A DNA stretch of 64,000 bases. Origin: an uncultured Planctomycetota bacterium (lineage in GTDB: Bacteria; Planctomycetota; Planctomycetia; Isosphaerales; Isosphaeraceae). Positions 39,681 to 48,616 of the stretch are shown piece by piece. Within the stretch, counting starts at the first letter, position 1, and every line of letters begins with the position of its first letter. Location of the stretch: contig CAVTTN010000002.1 in the NCBI GenBank assembly GCA_963737655.1, positions 2,432,001-2,496,000 on the forward strand, read 5' to 3'. The translations under genes and the position numbers were made by a program. A model generated the notes under the pieces. That model searched no databases, was not told the DNA's origin, and saw only the letters and a program-made list of their open reading frames with translations.

Positions 39681-41004
39681 ACCCAGGCCCGTCCCGGTCC
39701 GCCGCTACCGCTACAGCAAGCTGCGGTGGCGGGTGCTGGTCCACGCCCTCGACGCCGTGGGCCTCGTGGCGATGGCCCTCTGGCGGAAGCGCCGGCCGAA
39801 GCCCGTCGTGAGCGACCCCCGGCGCATCCTGGTCGTCCAGCTCGACCACCTGGGAGACGCCGTCCTGACCAGCCCGATCCTGCCGAGGCTCCGGGCCGCG
39901 TACCCCGAGGCAAGGCTCGACGTCCTGGCCTCGCCCAGCAACCGCGCCGTGTTCGAGGCCGACCCGAACGTCGATCGCGTCCTCCTGGCCGAGCGGAACT
40001 GGTTCGAGAGACGGCCGCCGATGAGGGCCCTGGGCTCGGCCGTCGTCGCCCTCGGGCGATCGCTGCGAAAAGAGCGGTATGACCTGGGGATCGACGTCCG
40101 GGGCGACGTGCTGACCGTGTTCGTCCTGGCCCTGGCGGGCATCCCTCGACGCCTGGGCTGGGCGATGGGCGGAGGCGGGTTCCTCCTGACCGATCAAGGG
40201 CGGTGGGAGCCGGGGCGGCACGAGGTCCAGTCGCGGATGGCCCTGCTGGACGCCCTCGGACTGGCCGACGACGAGCCGCCGAGGGTCGCCGTCGGGACCA
40301 CGGACGCCGACCGCGCCCGGGTCGGCGCGATGCTCCGCAAGGAATGGCCCGTGCGATCCCGGGGGCGACGCAAGGTCTCGGTCCGCTCGGCGGCAAGGGT
40401 CGCGACCGCGACCGCGACGGAACGACCCGAGGCGCGCCCGGTCCGCGACGACCCGGAGCGGCTCCACGCCGGCCGGTTCGGCGAGGAGGCGCCCCTCCTG
40501 GCCGTCCACCTCGGGGCCGGGACCGCGGCGAAACGGTGGCCCGCCCGGCACTGGGACGACCTCCTCGGCCGGTTCCTCGACGACGGCTGGCGGGTGGTGG
40601 CCGTCGGCGGCCCGGACGACTCGGAAATCGCCGCGGGCTTGACCCCTCGGCCCGGGTTCCGCGACTGGTCGGGCCGCCTGGAGGTGACCGAGACGGCCGC
40701 CTTGCTGGAGCGGGCCGACCTGTTCGTCGGCGCCGATTCCGGCCCGGCCCACCTGGCGGCGTGCTCGGGCGTGCCCTCGGTGATCCTCTTCAGCGGGACG
40801 AACCGCGCGAGGCAATGGCGGCCGTGGTCGCGCCGGGCGCTGGTCCTGAAGCACGACGTCCCCTGCCGCCCATGCCATCACAAGACGTGCCCGCTGGCCG
40901 ATCACCCGTGCATGACCGGCCTCTCGCCCGAGAGGGTCCATCGCGCCGCCCGCCGATGGTGGGCAAGGCTCCACCGCGAGGAAGCCCCCCATGCGCCGAT
41001 CTGA
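39661..41004 (+). CDS. Glycosyltransferase family 9 (heptosyltransferase-like)
   Basis: ILVVQLDHLGDAV, KRWP, FVGADSGPAHLA, CRPC...CP...HPCM. Confidence 0.9.
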   Translation: MTRSPAEPRPVPVRRYRYSKLRWRVLVHALDAVGLVAMALWRKRRPKPVVSDPRRILVVQLDHLGDAVLTSPILPRLRAAYPEARLDVLASPSNRAVFEADPNVDRVLLAERNWFERRPPMRALGSAVVALGRSLRKERYDLGIDVRGDVLTVFVLALAGIPRRLGWAMGGGGFLLTDQGRWEPGRHEVQSRMALLDALGLADDEPPRVAVGTTDADRARVGAMLRKEWPVRSRGRRKVSVRSAARVATATATERPEARPVRDDPERLHAGRFGEEAPLLAVHLGAGTAAKRWPARHWDDLLGRFLDDGWRVVAVGGPDDSEIAAGLTPRPGFRDWSGRLEVTETAALLERADLFVGADSGPAHLAACSGVPSVILFSGTNRARQWRPWSRRALVLKHDVPCRPCHHKTCPLADHPCMTGLSPERVHRAARRWWARLHREEAPHAPI

Positions 41005-41401
41005 TTCGGACCCATCCCGGGTGGCATGCTTACGAAGATGTAAGCATGGATTCGGTATAAGTGCACATGACCGGGTGGCATGCTTACTTCGTAGGGCAGG
41101 CCTTGGCCTGCCGAGTCAGGGCCAGGGACGGCAGGCCAAGGCCTGCCCTACAAAACGGGATCGGACGAACCACGACCGGGTGGCATGCTTACGTCTTCGT
41201 AAGCACGTCCTGGATTCAAGCTCACGCCGAAGCCATGCTTACGAAGACGTAAGCATGCCACCCGGGAAACGTCGGCTCGACCCGGCCGGCTGGCTGGCCC
41301 TGACGTGGGCCGTGATCTTCGGCCTCCTCTACGTCGAGATGGTCGTGCGGCTCCGGGCACCGGGTCTCCTCGCGGCGATCCGGCGAATCTTCGGCGGCTG
41401 A
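40991..41401 (+). CDS. Small membrane protein; ORF reads in-frame through a REP cluster (alternative start near 41255)
   Basis: C-terminal TM GWLALTWAVIFGLLYVEMVV; ATG overlaps the GT9 end. Confidence 0.5.
   Translation: MRRSDSDPSRVACLRRCKHGFGISAHDRVACLLRRAGLGLPSQGQGRQAKACPTKRDRTNHDRVACLRLRKHVLDSSSRRSHAYEDVSMPPGKRRLDPAGWLALTWAVIFGLLYVEMVVRLRAPGLLAAIRRIFGG
41018..41264. repeat. Composite REP cluster: family B copies with a family C REPIN (41091-41151)
   Basis: B at 41018-41048, truncated B at 41072-41087, GTAGGGCAGGCCTTGGCCTGCCG...CGGCAGGCCAAGGCCTGCCCTAC, B REPIN at 41177-41264. Confidence 0.85.
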
Positions 41402-41497
41402 GGGGTGACTCGCGCGGTCCGTTGCGGTCTATTGGGCGGATGCGCCGGAGTTCGACCCCTCCGCCGCCCCTCGGACCGAGACCAGGAGCCTCCGCGA

Positions 41498-42079
41498 ATG
41501 ACCGCTTTGCTCGCCTGCGTCGCCGCCCTGGCGATCGGGGCCGACGACCGGCCCAACAACACCCCGCCCCCCGGTTTCACCGCCCTGTTCAACGGCAAGG
41601 ACCTCTCCGGCTGGAAGGACGACGGCAAGGGCCACTGGACCGTCACCAAGGAAGGCGTCCTCCACTACGACGGCAAGGGGGACAGCCTGGTCACCGCGAA
41701 GGACTACGGCGACTTCGAGATGTTCGTCGATTGGAAGATCGGCCCGAAGGGGGACTCCGGCATCTATCTCCGAGGCAAGCCCCAGGTCCAGATCTGGGAC
41801 GACCCGGTCGGCTCCGGCGGCCTCTACAATAACAAGCAAGGCCCGAGCAAGCCCCTGGTCGTCGCCGACAAGCCCGTCGGCGAGTGGAACACGTTCCACA
41901 TCGTCATGAAAGGGGACAAGGTCACCGTCGACCTCAACGGCAAGCGCGTGGTGGACGACGTCCCCCTGGAGAACTGGCCCGACTACAAGGACCCCCTGCC
42001 CTCGTCCGGGACGATCGAGCTCCAGCACCACGGCAACCCCCTCGAATTTCGAAATATTTACATCAAAACGCCAAATTGA
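41498..42079 (+). CDS. DUF1080 / 3-keto-disaccharide hydrolase family, secreted
   Basis: ALFNGKDLSGW, GDSGIYLRG, GEWN, IELQHHGNPLEFRNI. Confidence 0.9.
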   Translation: MTALLACVAALAIGADDRPNNTPPPGFTALFNGKDLSGWKDDGKGHWTVTKEGVLHYDGKGDSLVTAKDYGDFEMFVDWKIGPKGDSGIYLRGKPQVQIWDDPVGSGGLYNNKQGPSKPLVVADKPVGEWNTFHIVMKGDKVTVDLNGKRVVDDVPLENWPDYKDPLPSSGTIELQHHGNPLEFRNIYIKTPN

Positions 42080-42086
42080 TTTCCTG

Positions 42087-42693
42087 GGGTGCATGAAATG
42101 CACCATCCCGGCATCGCTCGTGGATCGATCTTCGTAGGGTGCATGAAATGCACCATCCCGGCATCGCACGTGGATCGATCTTCGTAGGGTGCATGAAATG
42201 CACCATCCCGGCATCGCTCGTGGATCGATCTTCGTAGGGTGCATGAAATGCACCATCCCGGCATCGCACGTGGATCGATCTTCGTAGGGTGCATGAAATG
42301 CACCATCCCGGCATCGCTCGTGGATCGAGACGAAGGGAAGTTGGTGCATTTCATGCACCCTACAAAGTCGCATCATCTCACGCAGGAGAGGGCCAATCGG
42401 CGGACGCGGCCGGCATCGACCCTCGCCCCGCGATCGCCGCCTCGTAGGGTGCATGAAATGCACCATCTTTGCATCTCTCGTCTATCGAGGCGAAGGCGGC
42501 CGAAGATGGTGCATTTCATGCACCCTACAAAATCTCATCATCTCACGCACGAGAGGACCAATCGGCGGACGCGGCCGGCATCGACCCTCGCCCCGCGATC
42601 ACCGCCTCGTAGGGTGCATGAAATGCACCATCTTTGCATCTCTCGTCTATCGAGGCGAAGGCGGCCGAAGATGGTGCATTTCATGCACCCTAC
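42087..42693. repeat. Tandem REP/REPIN array, 10 copies of REP family A (50-bp and 165-bp periods)
   Basis: Forward copies at 42087, 42134, 42184, 42234, 42284, 42444, 42609; inverted copies ending at 42363, 42528, 42693. Confidence 0.92.
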
Positions 42694-42702
42694 AAAGTCG
42701 CA

Positions 42703-43383
42703 TCATTTCACGCACGAGAGGGCCAATCGGCGGACGCGGCCGGCATCGACCCTCGCCCCGCGATCGCCGCCGAGGCAGGCCGCCCCCCGGACGGCGAACA
42801 GGTCGGGCCCGAGCCGGCGGAGGCGCTCGATCGTCGCCTCGTCCAGCCCCCCGGCCAGGGCGACGAGGCCGCCGAAGGCGTTCACTCCTCGGAGGAGGTC
42901 AAGCCAGGAACAATCGCCCCAATTCGCCGGCACCTGTTTATTCCAGGTATCGACGAGGACGCCCGCGCAGCCCGCTTCCTCGGCCTCGGCGATGATGGCC
43001 GCCGGCTCGGGCGACCCGGCGGCCCGCCAGTCGGCATAGACGACCGCGACCCAGCCGGACGGGCCGCCCCAGGCGTCCCGGAGCGTCTTCCACTCGGAGG
43101 CCCAGCCCGGACCGGCGCCCGCCAGGCCGACCTTGCGGAAGGCGATCCCCGCGAACGCCTCCGGTGGCGGGGCCCTCCGGCCTCGCCACTCGACCAGCTC
43201 GCCCAAAGCCACGCTCACCGGGATTTCCGAGGGCACGGCCCGGCGGACGGCCCGCCACGTCGCCTCGTCGGCCCGTCCGAGAGGCCCCCGAGCTGGCTCC
43301 TTCACGTCGATGACCGCCGCCCCGCCCTCGACGGCCGCCTCGGCTTCCTCGGCCGACCGGACGCTCACCAGGAGCCCCGCCAT
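42703..43383 (-). CDS. mfnB: (5-formylfuran-3-yl)methyl phosphate synthase (DUF556)
   Basis: LLVSVRSAEEA..A..GGA.VIDVKEP.RGPLG, VSVALGE, KVGL, LVDT..K, ALAG, FAVRGAAC. Confidence 0.9.
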   Translation of the reverse strand: MAGLLVSVRSAEEAEAAVEGGAAVIDVKEPARGPLGRADEATWRAVRRAVPSEIPVSVALGELVEWRGRRAPPPEAFAGIAFRKVGLAGAGPGWASEWKTLRDAWGGPSGWVAVVYADWRAAGSPEPAAIIAEAEEAGCAGVLVDTWNKQVPANWGDCSWLDLLRGVNAFGGLVALAGGLDEATIERLRRLGPDLFAVRGAACLGGDRGARVDAGRVRRLALSCVK

Positions 43384-43395
43384 CCCGGGCGCCCC

Positions 43396-43959
43396 CTACT
43401 CGGCCGAGGGGGCCGCGACGACCCGTCGCCGGTTCACCCAACCGATCACCCGTCGGCCGAGGAAGTCGAGGGTGAAGAGCACGGTGATCCCGATCAGGTC
43501 GGCAATCGCCGAATTCTTGAGGAACGGCAAGCCCTCGAAATAGCAGAGGGCCAGGCCCTGGGCCGAGGGCGGATAGAGCGGGTGGCCGACCGAAGCGACC
43601 TGAGGAGACGCCCAGACGGCCAGGTTGGTCGTCAGGAAGAACACCAACGACGCCCCCAGGGCCAGGCCGCCGCGTCGCCACGGGTCGGAGGACTCGCGGA
43701 GGAATCGGCCGGCAAGGACGACTCCGGCGAACGTGGCATAGATCGTCACGCGGACCAGGCCGAAGACCGGCCGCCCGCTGCCCCAGTCGATCCAGACGTC
43801 GGAAACCAGCATCGCGGCCAGGGGGACGAGCAGCGCCCATCGCCGGGGAAGCCTCGCCCCGGCATAAAGGGCCAGCGCCCCCATCGCCACGCCGCCCGGC
43901 TCGTGAGGCGCCAGGCGGGCAAGCGTCCCCAGGACGATCAACAGAATGGCGGTCGTCAC
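43396..43959 (-). CDS. DUF6580 family putative transport protein (S-component-like)
   Basis: ARLAPH.P...MGALALYAGA, SD, SLVFFLTTNLAVW, YP...GL..CY..GLPF. Confidence 0.75.
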   Translation of the reverse strand: MTTAILLIVLGTLARLAPHEPGGVAMGALALYAGARLPRRWALLVPLAAMLVSDVWIDWGSGRPVFGLVRVTIYATFAGVVLAGRFLRESSDPWRRGGLALGASLVFFLTTNLAVWASPQVASVGHPLYPPSAQGLALCYFEGLPFLKNSAIADLIGITVLFTLDFLGRRVIGWVNRRRVVAAPSAE

Positions 43960-44075
43960 GGCGAGGGCCTTTCGGTGCGATTCGGGGGAGTCATCCCCCC
44001 AGAGTATCGCGGATCGGCCCCAACCCGCAACTCGTCCGGGAGTGATCGGTGGATTGTTGTGTTTTTACATGTCTC

Positions 44076-44136
44076 GTAGGGCAGGCCTCCGCCTGCCGTC
44101 CCCGGGCCCGACCCGGCAGGCCGAGGCCCGCCCTCC
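44076..44136. repeat. REPIN family C, degenerate
   Basis: GTAGGGCAGGCCTCCGCCTGCCG...CGGCAGGCCGAGGCCCGCCCTCC. Confidence 0.75.
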
Positions 44137-44164
44137 GAGGGACGAAGAGAACGAGGCCGGAGGC

Positions 44165-44461
44165 TTAGACTTCGCCTTCTCGGGTGAAATGACGCCGATC
44201 GAACGGCAACAGGCCGGCTTCGGACTTCAGGACGGTGAATTCTCCGAGAGGGAGCCGCTCCCTCTCGACCGCGATCGCGAAAGGCCCGAAGCGACGGTCG
44301 GAAACGACCAGGAGCAACCGACCCGGTTCGGGCATTTCCCATCGGCCGTCCAGGCACTCGCCAGGGGCCGTGACCCGGAGCCGGCCGTCGGCCGAGAAGT
44401 CCAGGATGGTGTCTCGGTCGCGATCGACCCGAGGGCCGAGGTCCGAGGCGCCCGGGATCAT
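44165..44461 (-). CDS. Hypothetical protein
   Basis: 98-aa ORF with GGAGG RBS directly downstream of the CAP gene. Confidence 0.45.
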   Translation of the reverse strand: MIPGASDLGPRVDRDRDTILDFSADGRLRVTAPGECLDGRWEMPEPGRLLLVVSDRRFGPFAIAVERERLPLGEFTVLKSEAGLLPFDRRHFTREGEV

Positions 44462-44483
44462 CGCGATTCCTCCGAACCTCCGC

Positions 44484-45419
44484 TCACTCCTTCTCCGCCG
44501 GCTCGCCCAGGAGGACGACCCAGCAGGGGATGCCGTCCTTGGTCCTGGCGACTCCCACGCCGACGTCGCGAAATCCCTTCTTGAGCAGGACTTTTCGGCT
44601 CTGTTCGGAATCGAGCCAGGACTTGGCGACCTCCTCGGGCGAGGTCTGGCCCATCGCGTCGCTCTCGCCCAGTTGCGCCCGGGCGCTGTAGCCGGCCTTC
44701 CTGGCGCGATCGTGGAGGGTCAGGCCGTCGTCGTCCTTCTGGACGAACTTGCCGGCCTTCGCCACCGAGTCGGCGTGGGTCTGGGCGGAGGCGGTCAGGA
44801 CCTCGTTGGCTTTGAGAGGGGGCGTGTCGTCGGCGTCGGCCCTGGCCTTGTTCAGGAGGGCGATCAGGGCGTCGCCGGCCTTCTTGGGGTCGAGCTGGGG
44901 CCAGGGCCGGCCGAACTCGACGCACCAGAATGGGATGCCGTCGTCATCCCGGACCATCGAGGCGCCGATCTCGGTGAAGTCGCCGAGGATGTTCGCCTTG
45001 TGAGGGGGGCTGTTCATCCAGTCCTTCATGACCTCGGCGGAACTCTCCTGGCCCTCGGCCACGTTCTCGCCGGCCCGTTGGAAGTGATAGCCGGCCTTCT
45101 GGACCCTCTGGGCGGGCGTCGAGCCGTCGAAGCCTTCGTGCTGCATCTGGTGGTGGTTGGCCATGTCCTGGGCGTGGGCCTTCGCGGCGGCCTCGAGCTC
45201 GGCGTTGGCCTTCAGGGGCGGGAGCTTCTCCTTGGCCCGTTCCTTGTTGTGGAGGGCGATCAGGGTCGTCAGGTCGAATTTCGACTTCGCCTTGCCCTTG
45301 GGCCGGGCCCTGGCCTTGGGCGGGTCATCGCGAGCGGAGGCGGGCTCCTCGAAGCGCGCGAGGAGGGTCAGGCCGAGGGCCACGGAGGTCATCCAGGCGA
45401 CGCGAGCGAAGGTCTTCAT
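44484..45419 (-). CDS. Secreted protein with two CAP (SCP) domains
   Basis: HNKERA...AAKAHAQDMA...GENVAEG...WMNSPPHKANIL; second degenerate copy LNKARA...WLDSEQSRKVLL. Confidence 0.9.
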   Translation of the reverse strand: MKTFARVAWMTSVALGLTLLARFEEPASARDDPPKARARPKGKAKSKFDLTTLIALHNKERAKEKLPPLKANAELEAAAKAHAQDMANHHQMQHEGFDGSTPAQRVQKAGYHFQRAGENVAEGQESSAEVMKDWMNSPPHKANILGDFTEIGASMVRDDDGIPFWCVEFGRPWPQLDPKKAGDALIALLNKARADADDTPPLKANEVLTASAQTHADSVAKAGKFVQKDDDGLTLHDRARKAGYSARAQLGESDAMGQTSPEEVAKSWLDSEQSRKVLLKKGFRDVGVGVARTKDGIPCWVVLLGEPAEKE

Positions 45420-45527
45420 GCACCGATTCTCTTCGGGAGACGGTCGTCAATCAAGCCTCGGGATGACGAAACCGCGAGAGGGTCGGCCCGGGAGGCGATC
45501 GAACGCTCCGGGCCGCCCTCGGGAGGG

Positions 45528-46154
45528 TTACTTCTTCGCCTTATCGCCATCCTTGTTCTTATCCTTGTCCTTGTCGCGATCCTTCGAGCCCTGGTCCTCA
45601 TTGGGGAGGATGCGGATCTCGTTGGCGTCGCCCATGAAGGTGCGGTGCCGGCCGTGCTTCATCGCGGCCTTGTCGTTCGAGTTCGACCCCGACTTGTCGC
45701 GAGTGGTCATGACGACCTCGACCCGGTCGCCGATCTCCAGCTTATCCCACGAGCATTCCTTCGCCTCGGAGGACTTGCCCGATTCGTCGCAGCACTCGCA
45801 GACCTTCGTCTTGGGGGAGAGCCAGACGAGATAGACGTTGTGGCGGCGCCGAGGCGAGTCGGTCGAGGAAGCGTCCTTCCTGTCCTTGTCGTTGTCCTTC
45901 CCGTCCGAGCCGGCCCACTCGGGGTGGCCGACGACGGTCAGGTAGGCGGCCTCGGCGGTCACGGCCTTGTGGGTCTGGTTGTCGATGATCGTCTCGCCTT
46001 CGACGGTCACCCCGGAGACGATCCCCCGGATCGTCTGCTTGCCCTGCGTCTTATCGGCCTTGTCGGACGAGGTCTTGTCGTCCCCGGCACGGGCCCCGGG
46101 AACGAATGCCATCGCCAGGACCAGGACGGACGCGGACGCGATCCGAATCCTCAT
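45528..46154 (-). CDS. Secreted hypothetical protein
   Basis: GAGG RBS, signal peptide ending ARA, Cys cluster CECC...C, KD-rich tail. Confidence 0.65.
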   Translation of the reverse strand: MRIRIASASVLVLAMAFVPGARAGDDKTSSDKADKTQGKQTIRGIVSGVTVEGETIIDNQTHKAVTAEAAYLTVVGHPEWAGSDGKDNDKDRKDASSTDSPRRRHNVYLVWLSPKTKVCECCDESGKSSEAKECSWDKLEIGDRVEVVMTTRDKSGSNSNDKAAMKHGRHRTFMGDANEIRILPNEDQGSKDRDKDKDKNKDGDKAKK

Positions 46155-46279
46155 CGGAACCTCCTCGGGCTGCGGGATTGGGAGGGGTGCTCGGGGCACC
46201 CGGCCGCGAGACCGGCTCTCGCGGCACGATCCCCCAACGCGGCAATTCCGATACCGGCCCGGGGGGCTTCACGAGACGT

Positions 46280-47275
46280 TCATCGGACGCCGGTGACGTT
46301 CAGATCGGCCGGATCGAATTGGATGGTACACGTCGGGCCGTCGTCCTTCACGATCTTCTCGGCCACCACGCGGGTCATCGGCCCGAGGATGCTGAAGTGG
46401 TTCCCGCCCCGGACCGGCAGGGCATGGATCATCGGGTTCTTGGTCCTCTGGCCCATCGCCTGGAGCGCCAGCAGGTTGCCCGGCTGCTCGGTCCCCTCGA
46501 AGAGGAACGTCGGGCGATGGATCGACGACAGCCACAGGCCCGGGGAGCGGAGCTCCATCTCCTTGGGGTTGGCGAAGTCGAACGGCAGGTTCTCATCGCC
46601 GTAACCGGCGACGTTGTCCGCCGGCCCGAACGCGAACACGGCGCGGAACCGGCCGCTCATCTCGGAGGCGAGCAGGGCGAGCGTCCCCCCGGTGCTGTGC
46701 CCGCCGAGGTAGATCCTGGACGGATCGACATAGGGCTGAGCGGCGAGGAAGTCGGCGGCGGCGAGCAGGTCATCGACCTCGCCCAGGAACCCCTCCTGGA
46801 CCCCGGGGTTCCGATTCCCTCCGCGGAACGAGGGGTACATCGTGATGATCCCCCGGGCGCGGAAGGCGGTCGCGGATTGGTCGTCCCCCGGCTCTCCGGG
46901 GGTCCAGGCGGTGTCGCCGATGTCGTTGCCGAAGCCGCCGAAGACCCAGACGATCGCCGGATGCTTCGCGAAGTCGTTAGGGCGGGTCGAAAGATACGCG
47001 GCCATCGGCCCGGCGGGCGAGGTGTACTGGACGACCTCCAACACGCCCCCCGGCGGCGGGGCGACGGGCTGGCCCGGGGTCGATTGCCGGGTCAGCCGGG
47101 TCTGAAATCCCTGGCGGGCCTGGGCCAAAGTCGGCTCGCCCGGGTCCGGCGCCCACGACGAGGGCCGGGGCGGCGTCGCGCCCTTCGTCATCGCGGTGGG
47201 GGCCGGCGAGGGGAGCGATTCGATGCACCCGGCCAGGACGATCGGGGCGAGGACGAACAGGGAGATCGGCTTCAT
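46280..47275 (-). CDS. Alpha/beta hydrolase lipoprotein (S9 peptidase-like)
   Basis: Lipobox VLAGC; PSFRGGN, GEVDD, GGHSTGG, NHF. Confidence 0.85.
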   Translation of the reverse strand: MKPISLFVLAPIVLAGCIESLPSPAPTAMTKGATPPRPSSWAPDPGEPTLAQARQGFQTRLTRQSTPGQPVAPPPGGVLEVVQYTSPAGPMAAYLSTRPNDFAKHPAIVWVFGGFGNDIGDTAWTPGEPGDDQSATAFRARGIITMYPSFRGGNRNPGVQEGFLGEVDDLLAAADFLAAQPYVDPSRIYLGGHSTGGTLALLASEMSGRFRAVFAFGPADNVAGYGDENLPFDFANPKEMELRSPGLWLSSIHRPTFLFEGTEQPGNLLALQAMGQRTKNPMIHALPVRGGNHFSILGPMTRVVAEKIVKDDGPTCTIQFDPADLNVTGVR

Positions 47276-47492
47276 GGAGAGGCTCGCGTCTCGGGGATCG
47301 GGGCGCGGGGGCAACGGCCAGAATGGGCCACTCGCGAGGATGCCACGTCCCGGGATCGCGGGCAAGCCGGTCGGTCCTTATTCTTTCAGAGAGGTCCATC
47401 GAGGCGAAACGGATTCGGATTGGCCTGGGTCGCGAATCGAGGGGTCCGAATTCCGGGTGGCCCCCTCATCGCCGAGGTCCCAGGCGCCGCCC

Positions 47493-47522
47493 TTGCCGGT
47501 TCGCCCCGATCCCTCCTACGAT
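47493..47522 (+). promoter_or_regulatory. Putative sigma70 promoter for the carbon-nitrogen hydrolase gene
   Basis: TTGCCG-N18-TACGAT, 49 bp upstream of the ATG. Confidence 0.3.
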
Positions 47523-47571
47523 GATCGCGATTTCCCCCGATTCGCCGCGAGCCCGCCGAGGCCGACCCGCC

Positions 47572-48459
47572 ATGACCCGCCGCGACCGCCCGTTCACGCT
47601 CGGCCTCGTCCAGATGCGATGCTCGACCGACCCCGCCGCGAACCTGGCGAAAGCCTGTGACCTGCTCCGCCGGGCGAAATCCGAGGGGGCGACCGTGGCT
47701 TGCCTTCCCGAGCTCTTCCGCACCCAGTACTTCTGCCAGACCGAGGACCCCAGGACGTTCGACCTCGCCGAGCCGATCCCCGGGCCGTCGTCCCGGGCGC
47801 TGGCGGCCGTGGCGAGGGAGACGGGGATGGTCGTCCTCGGCTCGTTGTTCGAGAGGAGGGCGGCGGGCGTCTACCACAACACGCTCGTGGTCTTCGACGC
47901 GGACGGCTCGACCTCGGGCATGTATCGGAAAATGCACATCCCGGACGACCCGCTCTACTACGAGAAATACTACTTCACCCCCGGCGACCTCGGCTTCCAG
48001 GCCATCGAGACCTCGGCGGCGACCGTGGGGACGCTGGTTTGCTGGGACCAGTGGTATCCCGAGGCCGCCCGGCTCACGGCCCTCCGGGGGGCCGAGGTGA
48101 TCTTTTATCCGACCGCCATCGGCTGGCACCCGAAGGAAAAAGCCGAGTACGGCCCGGCCCAGCACGACGCCTGGAGGACCATGCAACGGGCCCACGCCAT
48201 CGCCAACGGCGTGTTCGTGGCGGCCGTCAACCGGATCGGCCACGAGGGCCCCGAAGACGGGGGGCTGGAATTCTGGGGAGGCTCGTTCGTCGCCGACCCC
48301 TTCGGCCGGATCCTGGCCGAGGCCGGGCCCGACGAGGAGACCGTCCTGATCGTCGAGTGCGACCCAAAACTCAGCGAGGAGACGCGCCGCCACTGGCCGT
48401 TCCTCCGGGACCGCCGGATCGACGCCTACGGCCCGATCGTCCAGAGGTTCCTCAAGTAA
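47572..48459 (+). CDS. Carbon-nitrogen hydrolase, N-carbamoylputrescine amidase-like
   Basis: LPELF, YRKMHIPDDPLYYEKYYF, CWDQWYPE, YPTAIGW, WPFLRDRR. Confidence 0.9.
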   Translation: MTRRDRPFTLGLVQMRCSTDPAANLAKACDLLRRAKSEGATVACLPELFRTQYFCQTEDPRTFDLAEPIPGPSSRALAAVARETGMVVLGSLFERRAAGVYHNTLVVFDADGSTSGMYRKMHIPDDPLYYEKYYFTPGDLGFQAIETSAATVGTLVCWDQWYPEAARLTALRGAEVIFYPTAIGWHPKEKAEYGPAQHDAWRTMQRAHAIANGVFVAAVNRIGHEGPEDGGLEFWGGSFVADPFGRILAEAGPDEETVLIVECDPKLSEETRRHWPFLRDRRIDAYGPIVQRFLK

Positions 48460-48470
48460 GGATCGAGAGC

Positions 48471-48577
48471 TTCATCACGGAGGCACGAAGGGCACGGAGG
48501 AAGACACAAAGAGGTCCGGCCTTCCTTCCTGAGCTTCTTTGTGTCTTCCTCCGTGCCCTTCGTGCCTCCGTGGTGAA
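48471..48577. repeat. 107-bp inverted-repeat element (CACGGAGGCACGAAGGGCACGGAGG arms) between convergent genes
   Basis: About 41-bp arms, near-perfect complementarity. Confidence 0.8.
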
Positions 48578-48616
48578 TCCGGGTCAGCCCTTTCCGGGTC
48601 TTCGACCAGGGACGCG

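Noticed and set aside
42087..42693. CRISPR array
   Set aside because: Spacers are identical or homologous to each other, repeats occur in both orientations and at dispersed loci, and no cas genes are present.
42058..43039. Repeat-protein ORFs (MHEMHH, MKCT, MVHFMHP, WCISCT peptides)
   Set aside because: These are translations of the REP family A palindrome in different frames.
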